Shown piece by piece: positions 11,101 through 20,016 of a DNA stretch of 64,000 nucleotides. Origin of the DNA: a virus (taxonomy: Duplodnaviria; Caudoviricetes); IMG/VR virus record IMGVR_UViG_3300030433_001901, positions 39,767-103,766 of that record; one strand, 5' to 3'. The notes beneath the pieces are model-generated. The model was given only the letters and a program-made list of their open reading frames with translations, was not told the origin of the DNA and did not search any database. Made by a program: the position numbers and the translations under genes. Numbering within the stretch: position 1 is the first letter of the stretch; every line of letters begins with the position of its first letter.

Positions 11101-14092
11101 ACATTGCTTCATGTTGAGATATAAGCGAAGCAGGGCTTGGTCCGACAACAATCGCGGATAATTTATTTTCATCTTCGTCGTGCATATATCCAACAACATC
11201 TTCTTCGGAGTTCAACATATCTTCTATCCGTTGTTGGATAGTAGCCATCTTGTCAACATCATCATTTTCGCGCGCTTGTTGATATTCGTGGTCGCGATTT
11301 TTAATCTCTTGAATTAATCTATTTCTTGATTTAATTCCTTTTACTTGATGGTCGGGTAGTTCATAGGGTTTGTCAAAACTCATTAAATGGTTGAGGTTGT
11401 TATCAAAATCTTCTTTTTTGTATAGCGCAAGCCTTGATGGTTCTTCAACACCTTCCAGTATTTCTTTAACCATATCTTCGCCTGTTCTTCCACCATAACC
11501 GATTATATCTTTGTGTGAACCATTCTTGAGTATGTTTAGTCTTTCTCCTTTTTTCGCGTTGAGAATCGCTATAAGCAAATCAAGCGATTCATCATCATGA
11601 ATGTGTTGCGCATGGTGCGAGCCAAGTAAAAGCGCGTCTATCGCCATTCTAAGTTCATTGGTAATATTACTTTTCTTAGTTCCAAATTGTCTTACTGTAT
11701 CTTTCTTTTCTTTACGATAACCGGGCATTTGATTTCTGTCAAGCATTCTTCTGCGGCCTTTTGTTTCACTATTTATTCTTTCTTTTTGCGCGGTGTATCT
11801 TGGTGTTTTTAACGAGGCTTCTGTGCTATGAACGGGTTTGTTATCATTACTCAAAAACCCAACATGACTTCTTAGAAGTAAATTCAAAGCATCGCTGTGA
11901 GCCATCATAAAAGAATTCATACCTAATGATGATGGACTTCTAAGTTGCGGCATACCTTTGGTGTATGCGTCTATACCTTCAAAACCTCTTATCGGGTCAT
12001 CTCCTTCTTCTTTTCTTTTTTCATTTGAGTAAGGGTTGATGATTTCATTAACGATGTCGTCTGTGGTCTTTACTTTTCGCGGAACATCAAGACTAACCAC
12101 TTCACCATTTCTAAAACGCGCAAGTATGTCATCTTTATTATCAACATTATATTTCTCCATCGCTGTCAACAAATCTTGTTCAACCTGCCCCTCATCATTT
12201 TCTTTTTTAGGGTCAAAAACATCTTGTTGTTCAACCGACTTTGCTTTACCCCCACCTTCTTTTAAGCCCCTACTTGGTATCATAAACGCTTTTTCGGGCA
12301 ACTCAACGCGGAAGATATTAGGGAAGGCATTATCGTAAGCAACACCAAAGTCACCGGATTCACCACCAGCACTACCTCTTTTGGTGCCGACACCTTCCAT
12401 TAAAATACCCAATGGAGTTAAATTTACTTCGGGTTTATCAAGCATACTAAACTCCCCATCAACATTATGACTATGAGTATATCCAGCAACAGTTTCGCGA
12501 ATACTATCTGCGTATTCACTTTGTCCAACAAGATTCGCGCTTACTTTTATTATGTCTTTCAATTCTTCTTCTTCAAAGAAATTATGACTAACTAAACTTT
12601 TCATGTCGCGAGGTTCAAAGTCGGGCGACATGTAAATGAAAGAACCATATTCACTATGGTCAATATGTGGATATAAGCCACCATCATCTATTATTTCAGC
12701 ATTGGTTTTATCAGCGTATTTCTCCACCATGGTTTTCATGTCAAAACCCGCCAGTGCTGATTGAAGAGTATCAGCGTCAATATTAGACCAATTATTTCTT
12801 TCAAACTTTTTTGTCAAATCTTGTTCTCTTTGAGCCATTTGCTTCTTCATTTCTGCTCTCCCTTTAGCAGTAAAACGATTAGGTAATATATGACTCATGC
12901 CATTTTTCAAGGGATTACCAGCGTATAACTCATTAAGCATATTATCTATCATGAACGCGTGGTTAGCCATATATCCTCTCGCGTCGGGTCCAAGAATATC
13001 TTTAATCACATCATCATTACCAACTGTCCCATCATCTTTCATACCACCGTTGGTTGTTAAAAGCCATTTTTTAATTTTGTAAATATCATCATAGGGGAGT
13101 AAAGCAATACCATATCGCCAAGCATCATCGCCAACAATACCATGATTTTCTTCACCTTCCATTGGTCTTGACCGTCTTTTTCTTTTAGCGTCAGCAATAG
13201 CGCGTAATTGTTCAACAGGCGTTGTATCACCTTCGTCCGAAAACCTACGAGGGAATCCTCCGTCATTGTATAATATGTCAAACACTTGCTGGCGCGATAC
13301 ACCTTCATTCTCCCAAAACTTTTGTCTTAAAAACAACTCATTTAATTGCGCATGTGATAATACAGGGTGCGCGTGTCCAAACTTTTTAGCAAACGATTCT
13401 TTGAAATCTTCTAACCCACGGTTGAATATTTTTAGAATAGAAGCATTATTACCTCTCCAATCACTAAAATGATGTATTTGTTTCAAGACAGGGTGCAAAC
13501 CCTTTGCTGTCTTCACCATCGCGTCGTGTAGTCTTTCAGCATTTGCTCCGTTATTACTGTAAAGAAATCTTGCTAATTGTTGCCATAACGGTTTCTCATT
13601 GTAAGAAATTTCACCTGCGCGTGGAGGGTGAAGACCTAATGTTTTGAATTTAGAATGATTGCCGATAATTTCATCGGAACTAAAATCTCTTAGGTTTGGA
13701 ATACTATCTTCAAAACGGAAGCCTACTAATTTTCTAACCATCTTGTCAATTTCATCTTCGTTTAGATTCTCATTAGCCTCGCTCCATTTATCGCTATTGA
13801 ACAACTGTCGTGGCTTGTGGTGTCGCTGGGGTGCAGGTTCAGCCCTTGTTTCACCACCGGAGAAAATTCTCTCCATACCTTTTTCAGTTGGGGTTTTTAT
13901 TTGTAATTGTGGTCCTTTGAGGAAGTTTTCTGCTTCTTCTCTAAACGGTATATGTAAATACCCATGATTCTCTAAGTTATTCGCACTTAGTAAAACATTA
14001 ACTGCTTCGTCGCGAGCATCTTGTTTGTTGATAATTGCTTGCGCAAAATCATTTACCACGCGTTGATGATATTGAAAAGCATCTTCGCGCAC
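8102..14092 (-). CDS. 1996-aa putative internal virion protein with C-terminal degenerate ATP-dependent DNA ligase fold
   Basis: C-terminal WVISLYPHGEH, VIDLL, DILLRD, YMKGEPRHPKWVLL, DVVIL and YRIRSAK follow ligase motif order. No recognisable motif in the first ~1500 aa. Confidence 0.65.
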   Translation of the reverse strand: MREDAFQYHQRVVNDFAQAIINKQDARDEAVNVLLSANNLENHGYLHIPFREEAENFLKGPQLQIKTPTEKGMERIFSGGETRAEPAPQRHHKPRQLFNSDKWSEANENLNEDEIDKMVRKLVGFRFEDSIPNLRDFSSDEIIGNHSKFKTLGLHPPRAGEISYNEKPLWQQLARFLYSNNGANAERLHDAMVKTAKGLHPVLKQIHHFSDWRGNNASILKIFNRGLEDFKESFAKKFGHAHPVLSHAQLNELFLRQKFWENEGVSRQQVFDILYNDGGFPRRFSDEGDTTPVEQLRAIADAKRKRRSRPMEGEENHGIVGDDAWRYGIALLPYDDIYKIKKWLLTTNGGMKDDGTVGNDDVIKDILGPDARGYMANHAFMIDNMLNELYAGNPLKNGMSHILPNRFTAKGRAEMKKQMAQREQDLTKKFERNNWSNIDADTLQSALAGFDMKTMVEKYADKTNAEIIDDGGLYPHIDHSEYGSFIYMSPDFEPRDMKSLVSHNFFEEEELKDIIKVSANLVGQSEYADSIRETVAGYTHSHNVDGEFSMLDKPEVNLTPLGILMEGVGTKRGSAGGESGDFGVAYDNAFPNIFRVELPEKAFMIPSRGLKEGGGKAKSVEQQDVFDPKKENDEGQVEQDLLTAMEKYNVDNKDDILARFRNGEVVSLDVPRKVKTTDDIVNEIINPYSNEKRKEEGDDPIRGFEGIDAYTKGMPQLRSPSSLGMNSFMMAHSDALNLLLRSHVGFLSNDNKPVHSTEASLKTPRYTAQKERINSETKGRRRMLDRNQMPGYRKEKKDTVRQFGTKKSNITNELRMAIDALLLGSHHAQHIHDDESLDLLIAILNAKKGERLNILKNGSHKDIIGYGGRTGEDMVKEILEGVEEPSRLALYKKEDFDNNLNHLMSFDKPYELPDHQVKGIKSRNRLIQEIKNRDHEYQQARENDDVDKMATIQQRIEDMLNSEEDVVGYMHDEDENKLSAIVVGPSPASLISQHEAMLGKSLQIARNAGDEILQDVIEKRMQQLREIAQREPSFKSSIKNDEDHIQNHIDTILGVEKIFKALRPAIEKIYPNIFAKDNREAHAATAYTLKLAEQILTMSPDARKKLFTGEDNIRLGDKKASFDLSSQEVDELVGISAMRATHEGSDYEDAKQILDSKFGGVQPKGYRALTHFAQDAKNINEDEIRIFDELIKNVKESAKEQGITFNQAFTARYYPINEAGNPISGAERKRLFDILNIPKRGGNNFVYNEGGIFHGREQLRSGGQTILDKDGKTISLDKERDLIFRLLHNAHQQTRKGSDVALDFKNMKFFSGGTNITDKTITPKTKKVMNFNKLKSIQNIASLISSDTKTDMLDKSTAGEQATPMGGHNFDHAPVVPIFTSTHKKFHYGENTNVPFVARPDALNDGMLLLEDESNHAYNTLPKQRLFAPRNLRRYVNPSLKPLTAAQQGDRYYGDYAEFSEGQEPNPNTRMGQAVNQAMATSPEPLQSTDDNMRYSSYVLDVALDDTLIIKDDGKPQPIKFMHRIFDLEDMTHLRGFTGDWVISLYPHGEHIIATKKDNKISAYSVDGEVKLDDVFNEEVSKVYEKDFIVHAILHDGIMTVIDLLKTGDEDTHNMPTKDRIRHLRAQYESSEHIKMPEPINTKRSDDEGLKTAVEGLRKENDMDILLRDANATYMKGEPRHPKWVLLTQEKMVDVVILSASGKNYTVGVGPLMHPENYGKRAQQVGDEHYMNVGSAKGPRGLKVGDFATVSCTGVSSSKKDNPVYRIRSAKITDNEPLAADSVETLAIMCGDHHIPQQVNMKKGNITILFPAFDDEVICKTRKEDGHWFVEPQSSIWGNDYLVKLARDQEVYWGAKAAWLLKRDEEEPEYDEVDPEPPAGHSKKPKKVLDEEEEVIKRGLELIERGLEHISKEKITSTGVQGLGMDYATPDESPRGPTQNIRDDTMPDFDPQSRTDDELKPATKKKTKRLRTSQGETARLEDDGVVAIENSSIDIQ

Positions 14093-14103
14093 ACTTCATC
14101 ACC

Positions 14104-14460
14104 TCATAGATAGTCTGTGAGGTTGTATGCTGATTCGGGGTTTTTGTCCGATGGGTCGCCCTTTTTGTTTTCTCGCGCCTCAAGTGGATATGGATAACCA
14201 ATAGGAGTTAAATTGACATTCTCCGTTTTTGGTTTTGTCTTAGCGACATCTTTGACTTCTATGCGTCGCTGGTTAGTGTCATAGTATCCAGTCTTAACGG
14301 GTTTGTCTTTACCTGTGACATTCACAAACAAATCACCATGCTCCGAACCAAACTTATCAGTTTCTTTTTGTTCTGCCTTTTCCATCAATTTGTTGGCTTT
14401 CTCAAGTAAATCGTCAACATCGGGCGCAAGTTGCCCTGCTTCAACTTTTATTGGTTTCAT
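14104..14460 (-). CDS. Hypothetical head-module protein
   Basis: 118 aa, coupled to neighbours; DLLEK/A and KLMEK/A motifs. Confidence 0.6.
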   Translation of the reverse strand: MKPIKVEAGQLAPDVDDLLEKANKLMEKAEQKETDKFGSEHGDLFVNVTGKDKPVKTGYYDTNQRRIEVKDVAKTKPKTENVNLTPIGYPYPLEARENKKGDPSDKNPESAYNLTDYL

Positions 14461-14807
14461 TGGTCAATCCTCCTTCCTTCTGCTTGCGCGGCTGTATCAG
14501 CCATCGCGTGGATTTCCTCCCAAGACATTTCATGCCATGCTTCGTTTGATTCCGGCATACTCATACCCGCTTCATCAATAGCGGCGGCGGCTTTGCTGAT
14601 AACAGAATCGCGGTCGCCACGGAGAGGGTCGCCCCATACATCTTCATTAGCAGGGGTGTTGGCCTTTACAAAACCAGCGCGTTTTAGCAACATCTCCGGT
14701 GTGTCTATACTTTTGCGCATAGCGTTAATTTCAGCGTCCATAGACTCCATTTTAGTGATAAGAGCCTTCATCAGCACCATTGCATCGGTGTCTTCAGCCA
14801 CGCTCAC
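14457..14807 (-). CDS. Scaffold-like small protein
   Basis: C-terminal MSWEEIHAMA resembles the scaffold C-terminus MTWDDVHRLA. Confidence 0.6.
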   Translation of the reverse strand: MSVAEDTDAMVLMKALITKMESMDAEINAMRKSIDTPEMLLKRAGFVKANTPANEDVWGDPLRGDRDSVISKAAAAIDEAGMSMPESNEAWHEMSWEEIHAMADTAAQAEGRRIDQ

Positions 14808-15145
14808 ACCTGTCCTTGTTTCTTGAAATATCCACCAATTCTGTCCGGTCCAATGTAGCCCATTGGTCTATCACCGGATTTCGCGATAACTCCTTGTGTG
14901 CTGTTGAACTGTGCAACAGGGAAGCCACCAGCAAATCTATCATTAACACCAAGAACTTTATCTCCACCGTTTTCGGATTTGTAAATCGCGGTGACATCAT
15001 CAGCAAGATAATCACTTGTTGATTGTATGCTTCTTAAGAATTGTTCGGCTGATACTAAGTCATTATTCGCGAGCGCAACCTTGAATTCTGCTACCGCAGT
15101 TTCTAATTTGCGAACTATCGGGTCCATCTTTGCTAATAGGCTCAT
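14804..15145 (-). CDS. Hypothetical head-module protein
   Basis: Start moved to ATG 15145 (MSLLAKMDP), which avoids overlap with the portal and sits about 30 nt after an AT-rich box. Confidence 0.6.
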   Translation of the reverse strand: MSLLAKMDPIVRKLETAVAEFKVALANNDLVSAEQFLRSIQSTSDYLADDVTAIYKSENGGDKVLGVNDRFAGGFPVAQFNSTQGVIAKSGDRPMGYIGPDRIGGYFKKQGQV

Positions 15146-15182
15146 GCGGTGGACGAGGCGCGGGTAAGTCTTTAACTTATCC

Positions 15183-17027
15183 CTAAAAACCACTTTCTTT
15201 TTCTTTATTAGTTGGGTCTTTCGCGGCTTGAACACTATCAAGTGCTTGCTCTAACGGTGTCTTCTTAGCACCGCGCTGATTTTTCTTAGTGGAAGGTGCG
15301 CCGGATTGATGAGTTTCGGAACTAATAGGTGCAGGGCCGCGGTCGCGTTGACCTGTTCCTTCACCTAACCCGATTGCTTTCTCCATCATCATGATTTGTC
15401 CACCTCCGGCTGGGGACGCTCCCCCTGTCGGTGGAGAAGCCCCTACCCCCGACGGCATCATCGCGCCCCCACCCTGTGGAGGTATGCCACCGCCCCCCGG
15501 CGGCATTGGTGGAGCCATACCGCCACCCGGCGGCATACCGCCTCCCGGTGGCATTGCACCGCCCATCGCGCCACCTTGCTGTTGCATCATGGCTTCTTGT
15601 GGGTCGGGTTTCTTATAGACAAAGCGTATATCGCGACCTGCATCTTCTGTTAATTCCGGTTGGAATCCAAGTGCTTGCATACGCTGTGCGATGTTAACTT
15701 CTTGTTCATCGCGGCGAAGTCGTGTGATTTCATCTTCTTCTTCGTTTGGATATAGTGTCAAGCACCAATCTTCAACACCCATTTGGTCTAACATTCTTGG
15801 GAATAATTCGCGTGAATATAATTTTTGACCGGACTCAACTGCTCGGTTTGTTACAAGGATTTGCATACCTTCATTGTTCAAACCACCGGATTTACCAGCG
15901 TCCATCATGAAAACATTAGATACACCATAGAAAGCCGCGATGCGCATTCTTATCTCATCACGGACTTGCGCGTATTGCATTTCATCAAGGCTATCCATGA
16001 AGCGAACAAACTCAACTTTACCACGACCCGATGAAGATTCAACACCAACCTTTGGTATGTAGTGTGGGTCGCGCTCCATCTTTTCTTCCGCACCTTTCCA
16101 AAATGATGCAGTTGATTGAATATTGTCAGTAGTAATAGCGAGAACACCACGCGGTATTCTTCGCTTTTGGTATGCGAGATAAATATAATTGTCCATAGCA
16201 GTAAGTGATTGCGCTTGCCTCCACATACTCGCGACAGGTGAACGCCCGTAAAGTTTTGATGGATTGAATTTTGATAAATGCAACACTTCACCGTCAAGAT
16301 AGTATTGTGTTTTACCACTACCTGCTGTGTTGATATAATGAACATCTTGGAGAGGAAGGGAGCATACATCACACTTGCTATGGTCGCCGTTGTGTGGGTA
16401 TGTTTTATCACGATGGACAGGGCATAACAAATATCTGCCTCCGCGCTTACCCGCTTTATCTGCTACAATACGCATGAATGTTGGGTCGCCACGCACTAAT
16501 TCTTTAACTCGGAAAAACTCAATCTCACCACTTTTTGGGTCAATAAAGTATTCTTTGATGAGTAGTAAAAACGCATCATCAACAATATCTAAATCCCATT
16601 CAATCTCTTTCATCACTTCAATGAATGATTGGTCCATGCTGTTGCGTTGCTTTAATAGCCAGCGCGGATATAATATTTGGTCAGCATCGGGGCTGTCAAA
16701 TTCTTCATTACCACAGATACGGCATTCATCAACTGTGTCGTGTTGATATTCTTCTTGACAATTAGTGCATTTCTTGTGAAATTTTTTCTCCCAATAATAA
16801 CCGCGACGGAATATTTCTTGACATAAAGTGTTGATTGTTGTTCTCAAAATTATTGACTCTTGAACTGTTGCGTAAAGAGCGGGAATTGATACACCTTGAA
16901 CTAAAACAGGCTCTTGAATACCAGTTTTCCAAAGAGGCATTTGTGGTTCGGGCGTTGTGCGCCGACTAAACGGCTTCGTTAATCTTGACAAAAAACGACC
17001 CACTAAGCCTTTTTCCTCTACCATCAT
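15183..17027 (-). CDS. Portal protein with Zn-finger insertions and Gly/Pro/Met-rich tail
   Basis: EVLHLSKFNPSKLYGRSP, IPRGVL and RIAAFYGVS portal motifs; two CxxC/CxxH pair inserts. Confidence 0.9.
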   Translation of the reverse strand: MMVEEKGLVGRFLSRLTKPFSRRTTPEPQMPLWKTGIQEPVLVQGVSIPALYATVQESIILRTTINTLCQEIFRRGYYWEKKFHKKCTNCQEEYQHDTVDECRICGNEEFDSPDADQILYPRWLLKQRNSMDQSFIEVMKEIEWDLDIVDDAFLLLIKEYFIDPKSGEIEFFRVKELVRGDPTFMRIVADKAGKRGGRYLLCPVHRDKTYPHNGDHSKCDVCSLPLQDVHYINTAGSGKTQYYLDGEVLHLSKFNPSKLYGRSPVASMWRQAQSLTAMDNYIYLAYQKRRIPRGVLAITTDNIQSTASFWKGAEEKMERDPHYIPKVGVESSSGRGKVEFVRFMDSLDEMQYAQVRDEIRMRIAAFYGVSNVFMMDAGKSGGLNNEGMQILVTNRAVESGQKLYSRELFPRMLDQMGVEDWCLTLYPNEEEDEITRLRRDEQEVNIAQRMQALGFQPELTEDAGRDIRFVYKKPDPQEAMMQQQGGAMGGAMPPGGGMPPGGGMAPPMPPGGGGIPPQGGGAMMPSGVGASPPTGGASPAGGGQIMMMEKAIGLGEGTGQRDRGPAPISSETHQSGAPSTKKNQRGAKKTPLEQALDSVQAAKDPTNKEKESGF

Positions 17028-18415
17028 ATCATCTCCACAAGTCGGTTAGCGTCGTCAAGAAGACGCAGGGTTTCGCCGTCCCGATTAAACATCGCATGAA
17101 GTCCGACTTCATCAATGTTCCAGTCTTTAAGTAATTCTTCACGCTTATCCGGCACATCTTTCCAATTCAACCATTTTACTATACGATACAATTCATCGCG
17201 TCGTGATTTGATAATGTCGGTTTTACGACCGCGCAAATCAAGCAATTCAAGAACAGCACCCGCTTGACCTTTTTTCATTCGGAGATGTGGGCGCAAACCT
17301 TTCATTAATTTCCTTAAATCGTCTTCACTATAAAACTGTAATCTATGTTGTGTTCGTCTGCTATTTTTATGAATCTTCAAGTCTGTTTGAAGAACACCGC
17401 AACCAAGAGCCTTGTGTAGTTGTTCGCAATGCATCTTACCTCTTTCTCCTGTGGCTATGAATCCAGCCCTTGGTTCAAGACGCTTAGTGATTGTAATATA
17501 ACCATCAGCGTCAAGAAATCCAGCGGCGTAAGCCCACACATCTTTGAAAATAACTGTGTCGTCGCGAACTACACCCCATGTTGCACCAATCTTTTCAATA
17601 TCATATTCAACCCCATGCATTTTGAAAAGCGCGCTTAATTTCTGCGTAGTCAAACTTTTTACTCCGTCCATGCTGGCAACAACTTCTCTTGCTGATAAAG
17701 GACCGCGCTTTTCAAGTATTGATGTTGCTTTAGTCAACCATATCGCTTCACTTTTTTTGATGTTGTCAATTGAATGCAAACTATTTTTCCATTCTTTTTT
17801 AGAATCTTTTTTCAACTGTTGAGCATCAACCCACATTTGTCTTTGTTCATCGTTAAATTCTCCATCTATCAAAAGCAACTTACTAATGATGTCGTTTGCT
17901 TTCTCCCATTGAACACAAGCGCGGCGAAGTGCATACTCGCGAGTCAAACCGTGTTTGCGAAGTGCTTGAAGGTCGCGCTCATTAATACCTAAATTTCTAA
18001 CCGTATCTTCATGCTTACCAATCCATTCAATAGATTGAAGAGTTGCTTCAACTTCTTGTTTCTTTGCTATACGGATTGCATTGATAGCATGGTCAATAGC
18101 ATCGCGCATATCTTTATGTTCACGACGCGCCATTCTCAAATCTTTGACTAAATCACCAGCACCGCGACCAAACATTGATTGAAACCAACCTCCATCGGGT
18201 AGTGAACGCTTAAGTTGTTCTTGCACTACTTGTTTTATTTTATCTTCTTCTTCTTGCTCACCCGTTTCATTGGGTTTTGGTGGTGTTGGGTTGGCGTTTG
18301 CTTCACCTTGTCCTTGATTAGTTGGTTGTGGTGCGTCGCCAAACGATGCACCCTGTATAGTATTTTTCAATATCATATCAATGAAAGTGCTTTCATCGGA
18401 TAAATCAATCATCAT
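17024..18415 (-). CDS. Multidomain protein with wHTH-like and C-terminal LAGLIDADG endonuclease domains
   Basis: WAYAAGFLDADGYITI motif and PHLRMKKGQA; upstream GPLSAREVV..LTTQKLSALF HTH-like segment. Confidence 0.75.
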   Translation of the reverse strand: MMIDLSDESTFIDMILKNTIQGASFGDAPQPTNQGQGEANANPTPPKPNETGEQEEEDKIKQVVQEQLKRSLPDGGWFQSMFGRGAGDLVKDLRMARREHKDMRDAIDHAINAIRIAKKQEVEATLQSIEWIGKHEDTVRNLGINERDLQALRKHGLTREYALRRACVQWEKANDIISKLLLIDGEFNDEQRQMWVDAQQLKKDSKKEWKNSLHSIDNIKKSEAIWLTKATSILEKRGPLSAREVVASMDGVKSLTTQKLSALFKMHGVEYDIEKIGATWGVVRDDTVIFKDVWAYAAGFLDADGYITITKRLEPRAGFIATGERGKMHCEQLHKALGCGVLQTDLKIHKNSRRTQHRLQFYSEDDLRKLMKGLRPHLRMKKGQAGAVLELLDLRGRKTDIIKSRRDELYRIVKWLNWKDVPDKREELLKDWNIDEVGLHAMFNRDGETLRLLDDANRLVEMI

Positions 18416-18530
18416 TCTGTTCCACCTTCTTCATCGCTTGAGGTTTTCCATACTTAATCCAACACTTCTTACATAATCCAAACGGGTAAATACTTTCTTC
18501 AACATAACACCACCCGCAATAATCAAACAT
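18405..18530 (-). CDS. 41-aa zinc-finger microprotein (not in ORF track)
   Basis: MFDYCGWCYVEESIYPFGLCKKCWIKYGKP...*; CxxC..CxxC; fills the operon gap. Confidence 0.55.
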   Translation of the reverse strand: MFDYCGWCYVEESIYPFGLCKKCWIKYGKPQAMKKVEQNDD

Positions 18531-18531
18531 T

Positions 18532-19206
18532 TCAACAATTCCATCTTTTCAACGCCGCACCCTTCGGTGTTAGTTTGCCCTTTTTAGAAGTCGGTCCTTT
18601 AACACCGCTCATTCTCGCGCAGAATGATTTTCGCCTTTTGGCCTTCTTTGACCCTGCTTTGAGTTTGCTTGGTTTAGTGGTCACAGGAGGTTTCAAGTTT
18701 GAACCTTGTTCGCGTTTTGCTTTAGCGCGACCTTTAGCGTTCAAGCCGCCTTTGCGATGATGTCTGTTTGGGTTATAACCATGAAATGGTTTGCTCTTCT
18801 TCTTCGCTTTCAATACAGAACTTGCTATATCAAACGGTGAACAACAATCACAAAAAGATACTTCTTTCGCTATGTCTTCATCATTCATCATTGCTAATTC
18901 TTCGGCTGTTATCGGTTCATGCATTATATATTCGTAGTCCATCTTCACCACCGTGGGCTTACCGCCCACACCTTGTTTTTTACTGCGCTTGCGTTTTGTC
19001 GCCGCGCGTTTTTGACCTTCGGACATAGAGCCGGAAGTCTTTGGAGTTTTACTTGATACCTTGACGGAAGGGCGACATTTTGGATAACCCTTTGAAGAAG
19101 TCTTGGCTTTACTTCGCCCACACGGGGGGTGTGAACCGTCTTTATTTTTACGAGAAACATCAACCCACTTCTCCTTAAACCAACGGTTCAAATTTTTCTC
19201 AACCAT
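18532..19206 (-). CDS. Very basic two-domain head-module protein
   Basis: NLNRWFKEKWVDVS..CGRS..YPKCRP and GGLNAKGRA..NLKPPV..RRKSFCARM modules, familiar from marine tailed-virus head regions. Confidence 0.65.
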   Translation of the reverse strand: MVEKNLNRWFKEKWVDVSRKNKDGSHPPCGRSKAKTSSKGYPKCRPSVKVSSKTPKTSGSMSEGQKRAATKRKRSKKQGVGGKPTVVKMDYEYIMHEPITAEELAMMNDEDIAKEVSFCDCCSPFDIASSVLKAKKKSKPFHGYNPNRHHRKGGLNAKGRAKAKREQGSNLKPPVTTKPSKLKAGSKKAKRRKSFCARMSGVKGPTSKKGKLTPKGAALKRWNC

Positions 19207-19514
19207 TACTTACCCGCCCACGCATCACATGTATAATCTTCGCGGCAATTGAAATCATACCACTTACAATAACCCGTCATTGGGTCTTCTGTTGCTGAAT
19301 CGTCCCACGCTTTACAATTCCCACACTTCTTTGAACCTGTGGCCTTGCGATAATTTGGCGCGTCTTTCTTGGCTTTCATGAAAACCCACGCATCGTCCAT
19401 TTTAGCAACCATTTGTGTATCTGCGTATTTCGGACACATACCAACTGCATGATTATGAATAGGACAAGGCGCGTTAGGGTCAACAGCACCGCATGTTCCG
19501 CAAGCAACATTCAT
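19206..19514 (-). CDS. Cys-rich protein with HiPIP-like C-terminal module
   Basis: PNYR...CGNC..W...GYC..Y...C....CDAW. Confidence 0.55.
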   Translation of the reverse strand: MNVACGTCGAVDPNAPCPIHNHAVGMCPKYADTQMVAKMDDAWVFMKAKKDAPNYRKATGSKKCGNCKAWDDSATEDPMTGYCKWYDFNCREDYTCDAWAGK

Positions 19515-19711
19515 TTCTTCTTACCCCCTTTCTTCTTTTTACCACGGAACTTACCGCGACAGTATTGAACAGCCCAACCATTTGCATACGCGCTTGGATA
19601 AACCTTGAATTTACGCTTCGCCGCGGCTTTACCCGCCGGACATAGTTTCTTTTCAAGCATATCAAACGCCGCATTCGTTCCTACACAAAATTCACAATTA
19701 CAATCAGTCAT
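19511..19711 (-). CDS. Small basic head-module protein
   Basis: AAKRKFKVYPSAYANGWAVQYC motif common in tailed viruses; start ATG 19711. Confidence 0.6.
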   Translation of the reverse strand: MTDCNCEFCVGTNAAFDMLEKKLCPAGKAAAKRKFKVYPSAYANGWAVQYCRGKFRGKKKKGGKKK

Positions 19712-19713
19712 TA

Positions 19714-20016
19714 TCAAACACCTCGGCATATAGGGCAAGGGTCGCCCTCATCTATTGTTCCTCTCCCTTGACAAGCAGGGCAGTTAGCATCACCGCTTGG
19801 AGTTTGTGTCATAAACTGTTGAAGAAATTGTTGCATTTCGCGCTCTTCTTCAAGATTCAAAGGTTGACTTAAATCTCTTGCTGGTTGACAATGATGGTTG
19901 TTTAATCCGGTTTCACCGTAAAAATAACGCTTACATTTAGGGCATTGCACTTTACGACCACCATAACCTTCATCACCGAGAGGTATGTTTTTCAAAAGAT
20001 TCCACCAATCGCTCAA
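19714..20016 (-). CDS. Double zinc-finger protein
   Basis: CPKC..F....L..HHC and CPACQGRG..CPICRG; N-terminus MSDWWNLLK. Confidence 0.6.
   Translation of the reverse strand: MSDWWNLLKNIPLGDEGYGGRKVQCPKCKRYFYGETGLNNHHCQPARDLSQPLNLEEEREMQQFLQQFMTQTPSGDANCPACQGRGTIDEGDPCPICRGV

Noticed and set aside
15391-15618. GC-rich repeat as a mobile or DNA-level element
   Set aside because: It encodes the in-frame PPGGG tail of the portal with varied codons.
17024-18415. Intein or intron-encoded endonuclease
   Set aside because: No Hint-domain ends (Cys/Ser start, His-Asn end), and the neighbouring portal and terL genes are uninterrupted.
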